This document shows, in pieces, positions 18,162 through 26,273 of a stretch of DNA of 41,127 bases. Source of the stretch: an uncultured Saprospiraceae bacterium (GTDB taxonomy: Bacteria > Bacteroidota > Bacteroidia > Chitinophagales > Saprospiraceae); assembly GCA_964445895.1 (NCBI GenBank), contig CAYUNA010000001.1, positions 1 through 41,127 on the forward strand, in the 5' to 3' direction. A program made the translations under genes and the position numbers. The notes under the pieces were generated by a model. It was not told where the DNA came from and searched no databases. It worked only from the letters and a program-made list of their open reading frames with translations. Numbering within the stretch: position 1 is the first letter of the stretch; every line of letters begins with the position of its first letter.

Positions 18162-18320
18162 GGGAGTTTGTAAAAAATAATCTACCCACCCTGGCTCGTA
18201 CTTTTTCCATTTAAGAAACTTAAAAAAGGCTCAAATAACCAGTTATACTCACATTTTTTAAGTTCCTTAAATGAAAAAATTACTTCGCCATAATGGGTAC
18301 CTTATTTATTACAAACTCCC
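18162..18320. mobile_element. 159-bp palindromic MITE-like element, copy 1
   Basis: 12-bp terminal inverted repeats gggagtttgtaa / ttacaaactccc. The whole element folds as a long imperfect hairpin. It is flanked by a direct TTA/TTA. About 93% identical to 31010-31168 by eye. Confidence 0.7.
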
Positions 18321-18360
18321 TTACTGATGCTAAATATTTTATTGAAAATTTACTTTCGTG

Positions 18361-18390
18361 ATAAAGACTGCAACCGCAAAATCGGTCACA
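18361..18390 (-). promoter_or_regulatory. Bipartite motif copy A (TGTGACC-N15-GTCTTTAT)
   Basis: Exact match on the minus strand. The MITE copy begins 40 nt downstream and the next start codon (18098) is 262 nt downstream. Confidence 0.4.
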
Positions 18391-18411
18391 CCTCAATTAG
18401 ATAATTATTTT

Positions 18412-18801
18412 TTAACTAATGATAATAGACTGAATTAGTCCATTTTTCAAAGCTATATTCACTTTAAAAACCCTTGATTCAGTCCTTAATGTACCTATCA
18501 GATATTGGGCTTTCGTTCCTTTAGATTGCCCTTCGTGCATAGATTCAAAGGAGACAGCCGGATAGCGTTTAAAGAAAGCCATCAACTGTTTTTTAGCAGC
18601 AGCTTTATCAAACACATCCTCGACCGCCAGTATAGTCAAATCTATTTCTTCGGTATCAAGATAGGTCGCAATTACTTCGACATTTCCTTTGGCAAATGCC
18701 GAAATCAAATTGTTATGTTGAACCCTTTTGCGCCAGACCAATGGTGTTGCGCCCAATGTCCAAACCATAACAACGGTCAAAAGAGAAGATGTAATTTTCA
18801 T
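18412..18801 (-). CDS. 129-aa secreted hypothetical protein
   Basis: The ORF track gives 18412-18834. ATG 18799-18801 gives MKITSSLLTVVMVWTLGA (signal-like). The upstream part of the ORF overlaps motif copy E. Confidence 0.65.
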   Translation of the reverse strand: MKITSSLLTVVMVWTLGATPLVWRKRVQHNNLISAFAKGNVEVIATYLDTEEIDLTILAVEDVFDKAAAKKQLMAFFKRYPAVSFESMHEGQSKGTKAQYLIGTLRTESRVFKVNIALKNGLIQSIIIS

Positions 18802-18805
18802 CGTT

Positions 18806-18835
18806 ATAAAGACTCTGGATGCAACTTTCGTCACC
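18806..18835 (-). promoter_or_regulatory. Bipartite motif copy E (GGTGACG-N15-GTCTTTAT), degenerate upstream half
   Basis: Same 15-nt spacing. It lies in the 42-nt gap between the Usp stop (18844) and ATG 18801. The downstream box ends only 4 nt from the ATG, so its function or the start call is uncertain. Confidence 0.3.
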
Positions 18836-18843
18836 TCAAAAAT

Positions 18844-19665
18844 CTATAAATCTTTTAGAATTAGCAAAGGTACTTTGATGTCTCTCGCGACGGATTTGGT
18901 GGTACTGCGTTCCAGTAGCCGACCGAAGAAGTTCCGTTGGTGAGAGTTCATCACCATCAAGTCAAATTCCTTGTCTTTGGCAAATGCTTCAATGGTGTCT
19001 TCCAGATTCCCTGATTGAATTTCAAAATTAACCTTCGTCCCCTTCCGACCATCAAAGACACTATATAATACCTCGATGTCTTTCTTTACTCGCGCTTCTG
19101 TTTCGTGGCTATCTTCAAATACGTGGAGGCAATGAATATTAGCGTCCTTATCGAGCTTCTTACCCATTTCACGCAACATATTAATCAAGGCAATGTCCCG
19201 AAATTCAAAATCGGTGGTACAGCCCAAATCATTAATGCGATTAGTGGTAAACCCTTCAGGAAAAGCCAAGACCGCACACCCTAATTTGGTCATAATATCG
19301 AAAGTGGTGCTACCCAAATATTCCCCAAGATAACGATGGGAGTCTTTCACTCCCAATACAACCACATCAATATTTTCATCTTCTGCCACTCTTGGAATCG
19401 CGTCAAACGCAAAATCCTTATCAACGATGTACTCTATTTTTACACCCTGATGAATGATTGGTTGATGCTCGTGGACGAAGTTTTTTAATTCTTCCATCAC
19501 CTCTGCTCCGCGCTTGGCAAACTCTTTTTCGGTGAACATTGCACCATTTCCAAAAGCGTGGAACATCTTGATTTTTGAACCAAAAGTATGCGCTAAAAGA
19601 CTCGTGTATTCAAACATCTTTGGCGCATCTTTGTCAAAGTCAGTTGCAAAAAGTAGATTGAACAT
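18844..19665 (-). CDS. Tandem-domain universal stress protein (UspA family)
   Basis: 273 aa with two Usp-like halves. The C-terminus ...STTKSVARDIKVPLLILK is typical. Confidence 0.8.
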   Translation of the reverse strand: MFNLLFATDFDKDAPKMFEYTSLLAHTFGSKIKMFHAFGNGAMFTEKEFAKRGAEVMEELKNFVHEHQPIIHQGVKIEYIVDKDFAFDAIPRVAEDENIDVVVLGVKDSHRYLGEYLGSTTFDIMTKLGCAVLAFPEGFTTNRINDLGCTTDFEFRDIALINMLREMGKKLDKDANIHCLHVFEDSHETEARVKKDIEVLYSVFDGRKGTKVNFEIQSGNLEDTIEAFAKDKEFDLMVMNSHQRNFFGRLLERSTTKSVARDIKVPLLILKDL

Positions 19666-19677
19666 ATTATTTAGATT

Positions 19678-20520
19678 TTATTTTTCTTTAAAAACCAGCA
19701 TCGGCACGGGCGTATCTTTGGCTATTTCGTCTGTGACATCGGTAGCAAAAACCGTTCGCCATAATCCGCGCTTGTGCGTAGTTGTGGCAATCAAATCCGC
19801 ATGGCTCAATCGCAAATATTCATCAATACTGCCTACGACATCCCCAACAAAAATGTGGGGTTCGATTTTAGGGAACAGCTTTTGAAGCGATTCCATTTTT
19901 TGCGTTGCGACAGGTTTATCAGTTTCCGTTTCGCAGACGTGGATACACAATACTTTTGCTTTGAACGTTGCCGCCCAAGTTTGTAAAAATAACAGCGCTT
20001 CCAAGTCATCAAAGTGAAAATCAGTTGCGTAAACCAAGCGATTTAACCCCTGATATTTGGCATAATTGGGAATCATTAATACTGGGCAAGGTGCGTTTTT
20101 TACAATATCCTTGCGCTCATTACTTACAAATCTGGTGATAAAGCTACTCTCATATTGAGACGCAATCATCATTAAATTCGTTGGCGTTTCGGTTGCTATA
20201 TCGCGTAAAGCAGTATCTGGCGTTCCAAATTCTACACGATAGTTAATTGAAAGCCCCTCAAACTGTTTGGCAGAAGTACGCATTGATAAATCCTTCAGTA
20301 GCTGTAATCGTTTGACCTTAATCTCTTCCTTTCTGCTTTCAATTTCTTCAATAGATAACTTTGCCTGCATCAAATCAGCATCAGAAATCTCATACGTTCC
20401 GGGCTGAATAATATGCGCAATGGTCAAAGTTGCATCGAAGAACAAAGCGATTTTTAGTGCATGGTGCAACAGGATGGAAGATTGGTCTAAGTGGTTGATG
20501 CCTACAAGGATATTTTTCAT
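19678..20520 (-). CDS. Tandem-domain universal stress protein (UspA family)
   Basis: 280 aa. MKNILVGINHLDQS...LTIAHII and the C-terminus ...TDEIAKDTPVPMLVFK. Confidence 0.85.
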   Translation of the reverse strand: MKNILVGINHLDQSSILLHHALKIALFFDATLTIAHIIQPGTYEISDADLMQAKLSIEEIESRKEEIKVKRLQLLKDLSMRTSAKQFEGLSINYRVEFGTPDTALRDIATETPTNLMMIASQYESSFITRFVSNERKDIVKNAPCPVLMIPNYAKYQGLNRLVYATDFHFDDLEALLFLQTWAATFKAKVLCIHVCETETDKPVATQKMESLQKLFPKIEPHIFVGDVVGSIDEYLRLSHADLIATTTHKRGLWRTVFATDVTDEIAKDTPVPMLVFKEK

Positions 20521-20557
20521 AACGTTACTTTTTGTGAAACAATTCGGAGAAATAAAT

Positions 20558-20588
20558 GGAATAGGAGTTTTTTTTATCCCCCTATTCC
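20558..20588 (-). terminator. Hairpin after 20609-21286
   Basis: 8-bp stem ggaatagg / cctattcc with a T/A-rich loop, followed on the minus strand by ATTTATTT. Confidence 0.4.
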
Positions 20589-20608
20589 GTTACTTGATAA
20601 GAACTAAG

Positions 20609-21286
20609 TTAGTTAAACTTTTTCACGTTCTCTTTCGCTCTCTTGATAATATCTTTCTGCAAATCCATTTCGACCACCAAGCTTTTCTGGTCTAAATTAT
20701 TGACTTCCACACCCTTCTCATTTTTAGAAAGGCTCTCTTTTGCCTTCTCAATTTCTTTCAACATATCCTTGTTCTGCTTTTTCAATTTTGACATTCGCTT
20801 CTCCAGGTCAGCCATTCGTTTTTCTTCTTTATCCAATACCGACTGTGCTTGGTGCTTGGAAGTCAACATTCCATATTCAGTCAAAATCTCTTTAGCGTAT
20901 TCGCCTTTTTGTTCATCCGATTCGCTGTTGACGTAGATGTCTGCCAACTCAAACCAAACGATAACAGAGGTGCGTTTATTTGGATTTTTATCCTCCAAAA
21001 TTCGCGCATATACATCTACTGTTCCGTCACTCAATCGCGGCATTTTCGCGTTTTCAGTAACGTACAATTTTGCCTTTCGGTTGTACTTCGTTTTGCCCTT
21101 AAAGTTGGACATAAACTTTTCCCAATCCTTTACTGCGCCATCTTTGCCAACGTCAGGCAATTCAAACAAGTAAGAATTGTAAGTGCCATTTTCTTTCGCT
21201 CGTGGAGCTTCGCTAATGTCCATCGTTTGTGCGAAAGTGAAAGAAGTAGTGAATACAAAAACTAATACTGCAATTAAATTTTTCAT
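20609..21286 (-). CDS. Secreted protein with C-terminal coiled-coil
   Basis: The ORF track gives 20609-21298. ATG 21284-21286 gives MKNLIAVLVFVFTTSFTFAQ (signal peptide). 21298 remains an alternative start. Confidence 0.75.
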   Translation of the reverse strand: MKNLIAVLVFVFTTSFTFAQTMDISEAPRAKENGTYNSYLFELPDVGKDGAVKDWEKFMSNFKGKTKYNRKAKLYVTENAKMPRLSDGTVDVYARILEDKNPNKRTSVIVWFELADIYVNSESDEQKGEYAKEILTEYGMLTSKHQAQSVLDKEEKRMADLEKRMSKLKKQNKDMLKEIEKAKESLSKNEKGVEVNNLDQKSLVVEMDLQKDIIKRAKENVKKFN

Positions 21287-21341
21287 TTTTAAAATCATTT
21301 ATAGGTTTATAAAAAAATAGATTCTTTAAGTTAAATTCATC

Positions 21342-21371
21342 ATAAAGACTGAATGATTTAAAATGGTCACA
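21342..21371 (-). promoter_or_regulatory. Bipartite motif copy B (TGTGACC-N15-GTCTTTAT)
   Basis: Exact match on the minus strand, 43-55 nt upstream of the start of 20609-21286/21298. Confidence 0.5.
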
Positions 21372-21513
21372 CTTTTTAAAAAAAATCTACCCAATAGATT
21401 GGTTATCAAAAACTTAAACCTACTTGTATTTACCTATAAAATGTCGCAAGACTAATAATCAATTCCAAAATCACCATTACGAATAGAATGAAAATCACAG
21501 GCGTTGTCTTTTC

Positions 21514-23070
21514 TTAAAAAGGATAAATAACGATATTTTCATTAAGCGTATCCACATTATTATTCTTTTGTTCTTTTTGGAATACAGGTATAGAAATGCT
21601 TAGTTTATAAACTAAAAAATGAATGCAGTAATCGTTATTTTCATGCAATGTGGGCAAAGAAATTTGAAAATCAATTGGATGTTCCTCTGCATGAGTATTA
21701 ATAGTGTCTGATTGAAGATGAAAGTTATTTACTATTTCTTTTCGATTGTCACCTTCAATACAGATTAATTTGAAATATTCATTAAAATTAGCTGGTGAGA
21801 TAAAAATTCTCTTGGTTGGATGTAAATTTTTGATTGTTCCCTTAATTTTCGTCTTATCTTCTGACAATTCAAAAGATAGCTCAATGCCCCGATTTACTTT
21901 ATTATTCCATTCGTCAATCGAATAAAACATTTTCCCAAGCATACTTCTAATTAATCGGTAGTTATCGGAAAACGGATTAACTTCAAAATAGTGTAGCCCA
22001 GTCTGGAGCATCTCTTTTTGCTTTAAAGACTCTAACCAAATGCTATTTTCCATAGCCGTTTCAATCCTTCTTACTGCTCGCCTATTTTCTTCCAGAGAAA
22101 CGGAAAAAGGCTTAGATTTTAAGCCCTCATAAGCACCAGTTACATTTCGTTGCTCACTTTCTTCCCCTTTCCTGTAAGCAGGTATATACTTTTTTATCCA
22201 TTTTAAATAATGTATTGAGTTAAACGAATTTGGGTTTAAAGGGTCGTCCTCCTCCAACTCTTTAGAGGTATGAAACGCACACAGGCATCTTTCAAAATGA
22301 AGAATTACCCAATTTTCAAAACTGCGGCAGGAATAAGCTACATTGATATAATCCTTCCACGTAGCATCAAGTTCTCCTTCTTCGCCGCCAGCGTAATCAA
22401 ATTGTTGATTATTATAAAAAAGTGCTGTGGGGTCTGCATTATTCAAATCTTCAAACTCTTGACGTTTATCTGTTAGTTGAATAACCATATTTTGCTCATC
22501 AGTAATATGACAGGTCGTTTCAAGAAAACGCTGATAGTCCAATTTGGACAGAAAGCAACAACCCCTATATGCTTTTATTTGATTGAATGTAGCAGCATCA
22601 AGCCTGTTCTGCATTCTATTTAAAGTGTTCTCTGTGATTTGATAACTGTTACAATCGTCGTTATCAATCACTATCCATATTTCGTCGTATGGATTCTGCT
22701 CTTCTTCATTTTTCTCATCCTCTTCTCTTTTTAGCTCCATCGCCTTCCAAATCATTCCTTTGAGGCTGTTATCTATCAACTCATTATTTTCTTTTTTGTG
22801 GGATTGGGTAATGACTTTTATTTCAACTGCTGACAGTTTTCTGCTTAGTACTAAATTTGATTTTAATCCTTCAAAATAGGATTTTTCTGTTGGTCCTTCA
22901 CAGATAATCAAAAAACGTTTTGCGGGTAGTTGTACTTTTTCTTCGTCGCGCAATTTGGCACCGTCAGGTATAACAAAAACTGGAACATCCTTTTTCTGTT
23001 TTTCTGCTTTCAACTCTCGCTTTTGGGTTTGCTTCAATTCTCGCCTTTGCTGCTTTTTTCTTTTACTCAT
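21514..23070 (-). CDS. RloB-like (Toprim-related) protein, AbiLii-like, extended (518 aa)
   Basis: RFLIICEGPTEKSYFEGLKS matches the RloB CEGxxTExxYF signature. IWIVIDNDD is a DxD-type acidic motif. It has a Lys/Arg-rich N-terminus and ~170 extra C-terminal aa. Overlaps the upstream ATPase gene by 8 nt. Confidence 0.85.
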   Translation of the reverse strand: MSKRKKQQRRELKQTQKRELKAEKQKKDVPVFVIPDGAKLRDEEKVQLPAKRFLIICEGPTEKSYFEGLKSNLVLSRKLSAVEIKVITQSHKKENNELIDNSLKGMIWKAMELKREEDEKNEEEQNPYDEIWIVIDNDDCNSYQITENTLNRMQNRLDAATFNQIKAYRGCCFLSKLDYQRFLETTCHITDEQNMVIQLTDKRQEFEDLNNADPTALFYNNQQFDYAGGEEGELDATWKDYINVAYSCRSFENWVILHFERCLCAFHTSKELEEDDPLNPNSFNSIHYLKWIKKYIPAYRKGEESEQRNVTGAYEGLKSKPFSVSLEENRRAVRRIETAMENSIWLESLKQKEMLQTGLHYFEVNPFSDNYRLIRSMLGKMFYSIDEWNNKVNRGIELSFELSEDKTKIKGTIKNLHPTKRIFISPANFNEYFKLICIEGDNRKEIVNNFHLQSDTINTHAEEHPIDFQISLPTLHENNDYCIHFLVYKLSISIPVFQKEQKNNNVDTLNENIVIYPF

Positions 23071-24415
23071 GATTTTGGAAAATTTCAGAGTTTTTCACAC
23101 GAGAAATGATTACATCATGCTGAATACTCGGAATCCCACCAAATCGGCCTGATAAATACCATTTTTGAAAAGGACTGTTGCTTCTGACTCCACTAAACTC
23201 GGAAATTGGATAGACTTCGGTTGCATTGTATTCATTCTTTTGAAAAAGAAAGATTTGGTCTCGGCTGAAAACGTCAGCACTAAGTAAAGAAGGGTCGTGG
23301 GTAACAAAGATTAATTGAGCATTGTTGGGATTTGAATCTTCATTATGAAAGAATCGAATTAAAGATTCAGTTATGCGAGGATGGAGGCTTTTATCCAATT
23401 CGTCAATTAATAGAACATCTCCTGATTGTAACGCAGATAAAATTGGAGGAAGCAAACTTAGAAACTTATTTGTTCCTGTGGATTGTTCGCTTAGTGGTAG
23501 GGTATCTGTTCCAATTTCATTTTCGCCATCAAACATTCGATGTTTTATTTTTATCCTGAATTTTAACCTATCCAAAAGGTCATTTTCTATTCTCCTTTTT
23601 TCTTCTTCTGGGAATCCATCTGGAAACTCAACGGTTGGTAAAGCCCCATCTTTTCCAACATCAATACCAACGATAGAACTGTCTAACTGCATTATTAGAT
23701 TTTCAATTAATCTACCAACAGGCGAATTGATATTTTCGGACAGAAATTTACCTAAAGTACTCATTTGAATCTCGTTATACCCCTCTCCTGAAAAACTAAA
23801 CCAATCTAAGTGCTTTGAAAAGAATAAATAAACAGGAATGAGTTGCTCGTGCGCTTGATTAACTGCTTCTGACAAGAACAGTTGATTAGGCAGTAATATT
23901 TCTTCTATTTGCTTTTTCTTTCCTCTGAAAGTTTCCCCGAACCTCATAGCAGTACCTTCTTCACGAGTATAGAGTTTCACCTGTGATACTCGCGTTTTTC
24001 CCTCAATCGGGTAATAACTCAATTCTTCCTCAATAATTTTTTCCCGATTAAATTTTACATAGTATTGATAACGTAAATCATTAGGAGCAATAAATTCAAT
24101 GTTAAATATTGTCGGGGATTTGCGGGTTTTAAGGTCGAAATGAAAAACTTCATTTGCTTCGAGCGAGTCTCCTGGTTGAAATCTATTTGATTTTTCAACT
24201 ATCCACTTAAATGCTTTAAATGCTCTGAGAAAGTTACTTTTTCCAGCATTATTCGCTCCATATATAACGGCTGAGTTGAGCGTATATAATTTATCGTATT
24301 TTTTGCTTCTGGAAGGCATGTTCGGTCGCTCTCGCACATTTTTAGAAGGAATTAGATTGAGTGTTTGAGTTTCTTTTATTGACCTAAAATTAGTAACAGA
24401 AAAAGATAGTAGCAT
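23063..24415 (-). CDS. ABC-type AAA ATPase (AAA_15/AAA_21-like), AbiLi-like
   Basis: MLLSFSVTNFRSIK..., Walker A GANNAGKSNF, signature-like SEQSTGTNKF, Walker B VLLIDELDKSLHP and H-loop region LIFVTHD. Confidence 0.9.
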   Translation of the reverse strand: MLLSFSVTNFRSIKETQTLNLIPSKNVRERPNMPSRSKKYDKLYTLNSAVIYGANNAGKSNFLRAFKAFKWIVEKSNRFQPGDSLEANEVFHFDLKTRKSPTIFNIEFIAPNDLRYQYYVKFNREKIIEEELSYYPIEGKTRVSQVKLYTREEGTAMRFGETFRGKKKQIEEILLPNQLFLSEAVNQAHEQLIPVYLFFSKHLDWFSFSGEGYNEIQMSTLGKFLSENINSPVGRLIENLIMQLDSSIVGIDVGKDGALPTVEFPDGFPEEEKRRIENDLLDRLKFRIKIKHRMFDGENEIGTDTLPLSEQSTGTNKFLSLLPPILSALQSGDVLLIDELDKSLHPRITESLIRFFHNEDSNPNNAQLIFVTHDPSLLSADVFSRDQIFLFQKNEYNATEVYPISEFSGVRSNSPFQKWYLSGRFGGIPSIQHDVIISRVKNSEIFQNHE

Positions 24416-24439
24416 AGCGAAAAATGTTTTATTTTATTG

Positions 24440-24447
24440 CAAATATA
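24440..24447 (-). promoter_or_regulatory. Bacteroidota -7 box (TATATTTG) for the ATPase-RloB operon
   Basis: Matches TAnnTTTG on the minus strand, 24 nt upstream of ATG 24415. Confidence 0.4.
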
Positions 24448-24534
24448 ACATTTAAAACCATTGAAAGATTAGTGTAAGCTTTTTTTTTGCATAAAATTCA
24501 CTTAAATTTGGTTTATACTTAATTTTTTTAAAAT

Positions 24535-24570
24535 AAAAAAAAACAGCCCTTCACCCTAAAGTGAAGGACT
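24535..24570 (-). terminator. Rho-independent terminator (minus strand)
   Basis: Stem agcccttcac / gtgaaggact with 1 mismatch, followed on the minus strand by a run of 9 T. About 145 nt after the stop of 24714-25871. Confidence 0.55.
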
Positions 24571-24713
24571 GCAAACCCCAAAAAACCAAATGAAAACAAT
24601 CTTTATAAAGAGGCTTTTGAAAAGGTGAGCTACCTAATAAATATTAGCTAACTCACCGAAAAACCTCAAATGATTTACGGACGAAAGTTTGCGCCTATTG
24701 GCACTTAATTGAA

Positions 24714-25871
24714 TTATTTACCCAATCCAACATTCAAGTTAAATCGCGCACTCAATCCCACAAACGGACGGACCATTGCTTTGGTGTCGCCCATCACGTC
24801 GGGATTAGAAGTGTCTATTCCTTCCATCAATACAGCTCCTGCGTTAATGTGAATAAACTTGAATAACTTGTGGTCTAAGCCCACATATACTGGTCGGCTG
24901 ACCAAGAAACCTGTGACTTCATTTCCTTTTTCATCTTCAAAGTTGTCCAGGAAGAAACCCAAAGTCACCGATGAATTACTCAAAAATTTAGAGCCTAAAA
25001 CGCTATTCCCCAAAGGAAAAGCCAATCCAACATAAGGAGATGAACCGTAGTTGGAATCTTCAATATCGCCAGACAAGTACACACCACCGTAACCAACATT
25101 GATGGCAAAGCCATTTTCTTTGCTTTCGGTTTCGTAGTTATCTACCGTTCGGCTATCAGATAAAACCAACATTTCGCGGTCAATCATCTGCGCTACTTCC
25201 ATTTTTACCTGTACTTTCAATCCATTGATTAATTGCGCACGGTTGTTTTGCCGTACTGCCTTCTTGTTGTTCATGCTGTCTTTTTTGACGTAACCCGTTT
25301 CCAAGTTTGCTTTTTCCAATTGCTCCAATTTCAAGCGGATGATTTCGGAAAATTCTGGTTTCCAGTTTGCCGTCTTGGTGCGATATGGCGCAAAAGCATT
25401 GCTCACAATCTCATTCATTTCTTTAACCGTGTGCTTGCTTTTTTTGAGCAATTTGATGGTCTTTTCTCCCGTCAAATTCACGTCCATAAAAGCGTCTAAA
25501 GTAGCCACCAATTGGTCATTCAATTTCTGACGGTCTTTGGCAGGTAGCGTACGGAAGAAATCCATACGGAAATCATACTTATCAGATGACCGTAATTTGA
25601 AATTAATCGGCATCGAAAATTCTTTGTTAGCTTGTGTTGTCGCAGTTGCTTGATAAAGGTGGTCGCTTCTTTTAGCAGACAAAATATTCAACTCCATCAT
25701 TTCGATTCCATCAGGTGCTAAACCTTTTAAAACCATTGATTTTTCAGCGGGTAATGGTTGCCCCTCATTGAACCAATTGCGCTCTGCGTCGTAAGTGACC
25801 GTAGTATATTGAGCAATGGTTGGGCATACAAAAGTTAGGATAGCAATAGCTACCAAGATTAAATTTTTCAT
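24714..25871 (-). CDS. Secreted/outer-membrane hypothetical protein
   Basis: 385 aa. Signal peptide MKNLILVAIAILTFVCPTIAQ and a beta-rich C-terminal third. Confidence 0.75.
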   Translation of the reverse strand: MKNLILVAIAILTFVCPTIAQYTTVTYDAERNWFNEGQPLPAEKSMVLKGLAPDGIEMMELNILSAKRSDHLYQATATTQANKEFSMPINFKLRSSDKYDFRMDFFRTLPAKDRQKLNDQLVATLDAFMDVNLTGEKTIKLLKKSKHTVKEMNEIVSNAFAPYRTKTANWKPEFSEIIRLKLEQLEKANLETGYVKKDSMNNKKAVRQNNRAQLINGLKVQVKMEVAQMIDREMLVLSDSRTVDNYETESKENGFAINVGYGGVYLSGDIEDSNYGSSPYVGLAFPLGNSVLGSKFLSNSSVTLGFFLDNFEDEKGNEVTGFLVSRPVYVGLDHKLFKFIHINAGAVLMEGIDTSNPDVMGDTKAMVRPFVGLSARFNLNVGLGK

Positions 25872-25926
25872 ATTGAGATTTAATTTAGTTGTTTAGATTT
25901 TGAATTAGTATTTCCAGTTTCAGCAC

Positions 25927-26142
25927 TTATTTCCTTTTGACCAACATCGAAAGGAAAACAATCAATGCGCTCAAAACAGCCGTACCTAAGAGTAGAAAAA
26001 TTAAGGGAACATGAACTTCCCAGAATAATAAATCTACATCAATTGATGTCAGGTTTTGCGCCAAAACGATTATCAAAACGGTAAGCAAGGTTAAGTTGAT
26101 ACCGATTTTTAAAGTTCTGAGTGTTGATTTAATTGTACCCAT
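25927..26142 (-). CDS. 71-aa two-TM membrane protein (LapA-domain-like)
   Basis: Two hydrophobic helices. DVDLLFWEVHVPLIFLLLGTAVLSALIVFL resembles the LapA/DUF1049 type. Confidence 0.65.
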   Translation of the reverse strand: MGTIKSTLRTLKIGINLTLLTVLIIVLAQNLTSIDVDLLFWEVHVPLIFLLLGTAVLSALIVFLSMLVKRK

Positions 26143-26170
26143 TTTGATTTAGTTATTGTTTAAAATCTAC

Positions 26171-26200
26171 ATAAAGACTGGAAAGAAAAAATCGGTCACA
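26171..26200 (-). promoter_or_regulatory. Bipartite motif copy C (TGTGACC-N15-GTCTTTAT)
   Basis: Exact match on the minus strand, 28 nt upstream of ATG 26142. Confidence 0.5.
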
Positions 26201-26243
26201 TCTTTTTTTGAAAAAATTTAATTTTCATGTTTTTTTATTTCCT

Positions 26244-26251
26244 TACTTTTG
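26244..26251 (+). promoter_or_regulatory. Bacteroidota -7 box (TACTTTTG) for the ParB-ATPase operon
   Basis: Matches TAnnTTTG, 22 nt upstream of ATG 26274. This supports 26274 over 26208 as the start. Confidence 0.4.
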
Positions 26252-26273
26252 CTTTTTTCATAAAAAAACTTTT

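Noticed and set aside
18162-18320. The 159-bp palindromic element, considered as a tRNA, riboswitch or terminator.
   Set aside because: It has no cloverleaf or anticodon-arm features. There are two near-identical copies in unrelated contexts with TIRs and direct 3-bp flanks, which fits a MITE better. It is too long and lacks a T-run for a terminator.
18844-20520. Two tandem Usp genes, considered as part of a defence or toxin system.
   Set aside because: This is typical stress-protein architecture with no associated nuclease, ATPase or toxin. They are treated as core stress genes.
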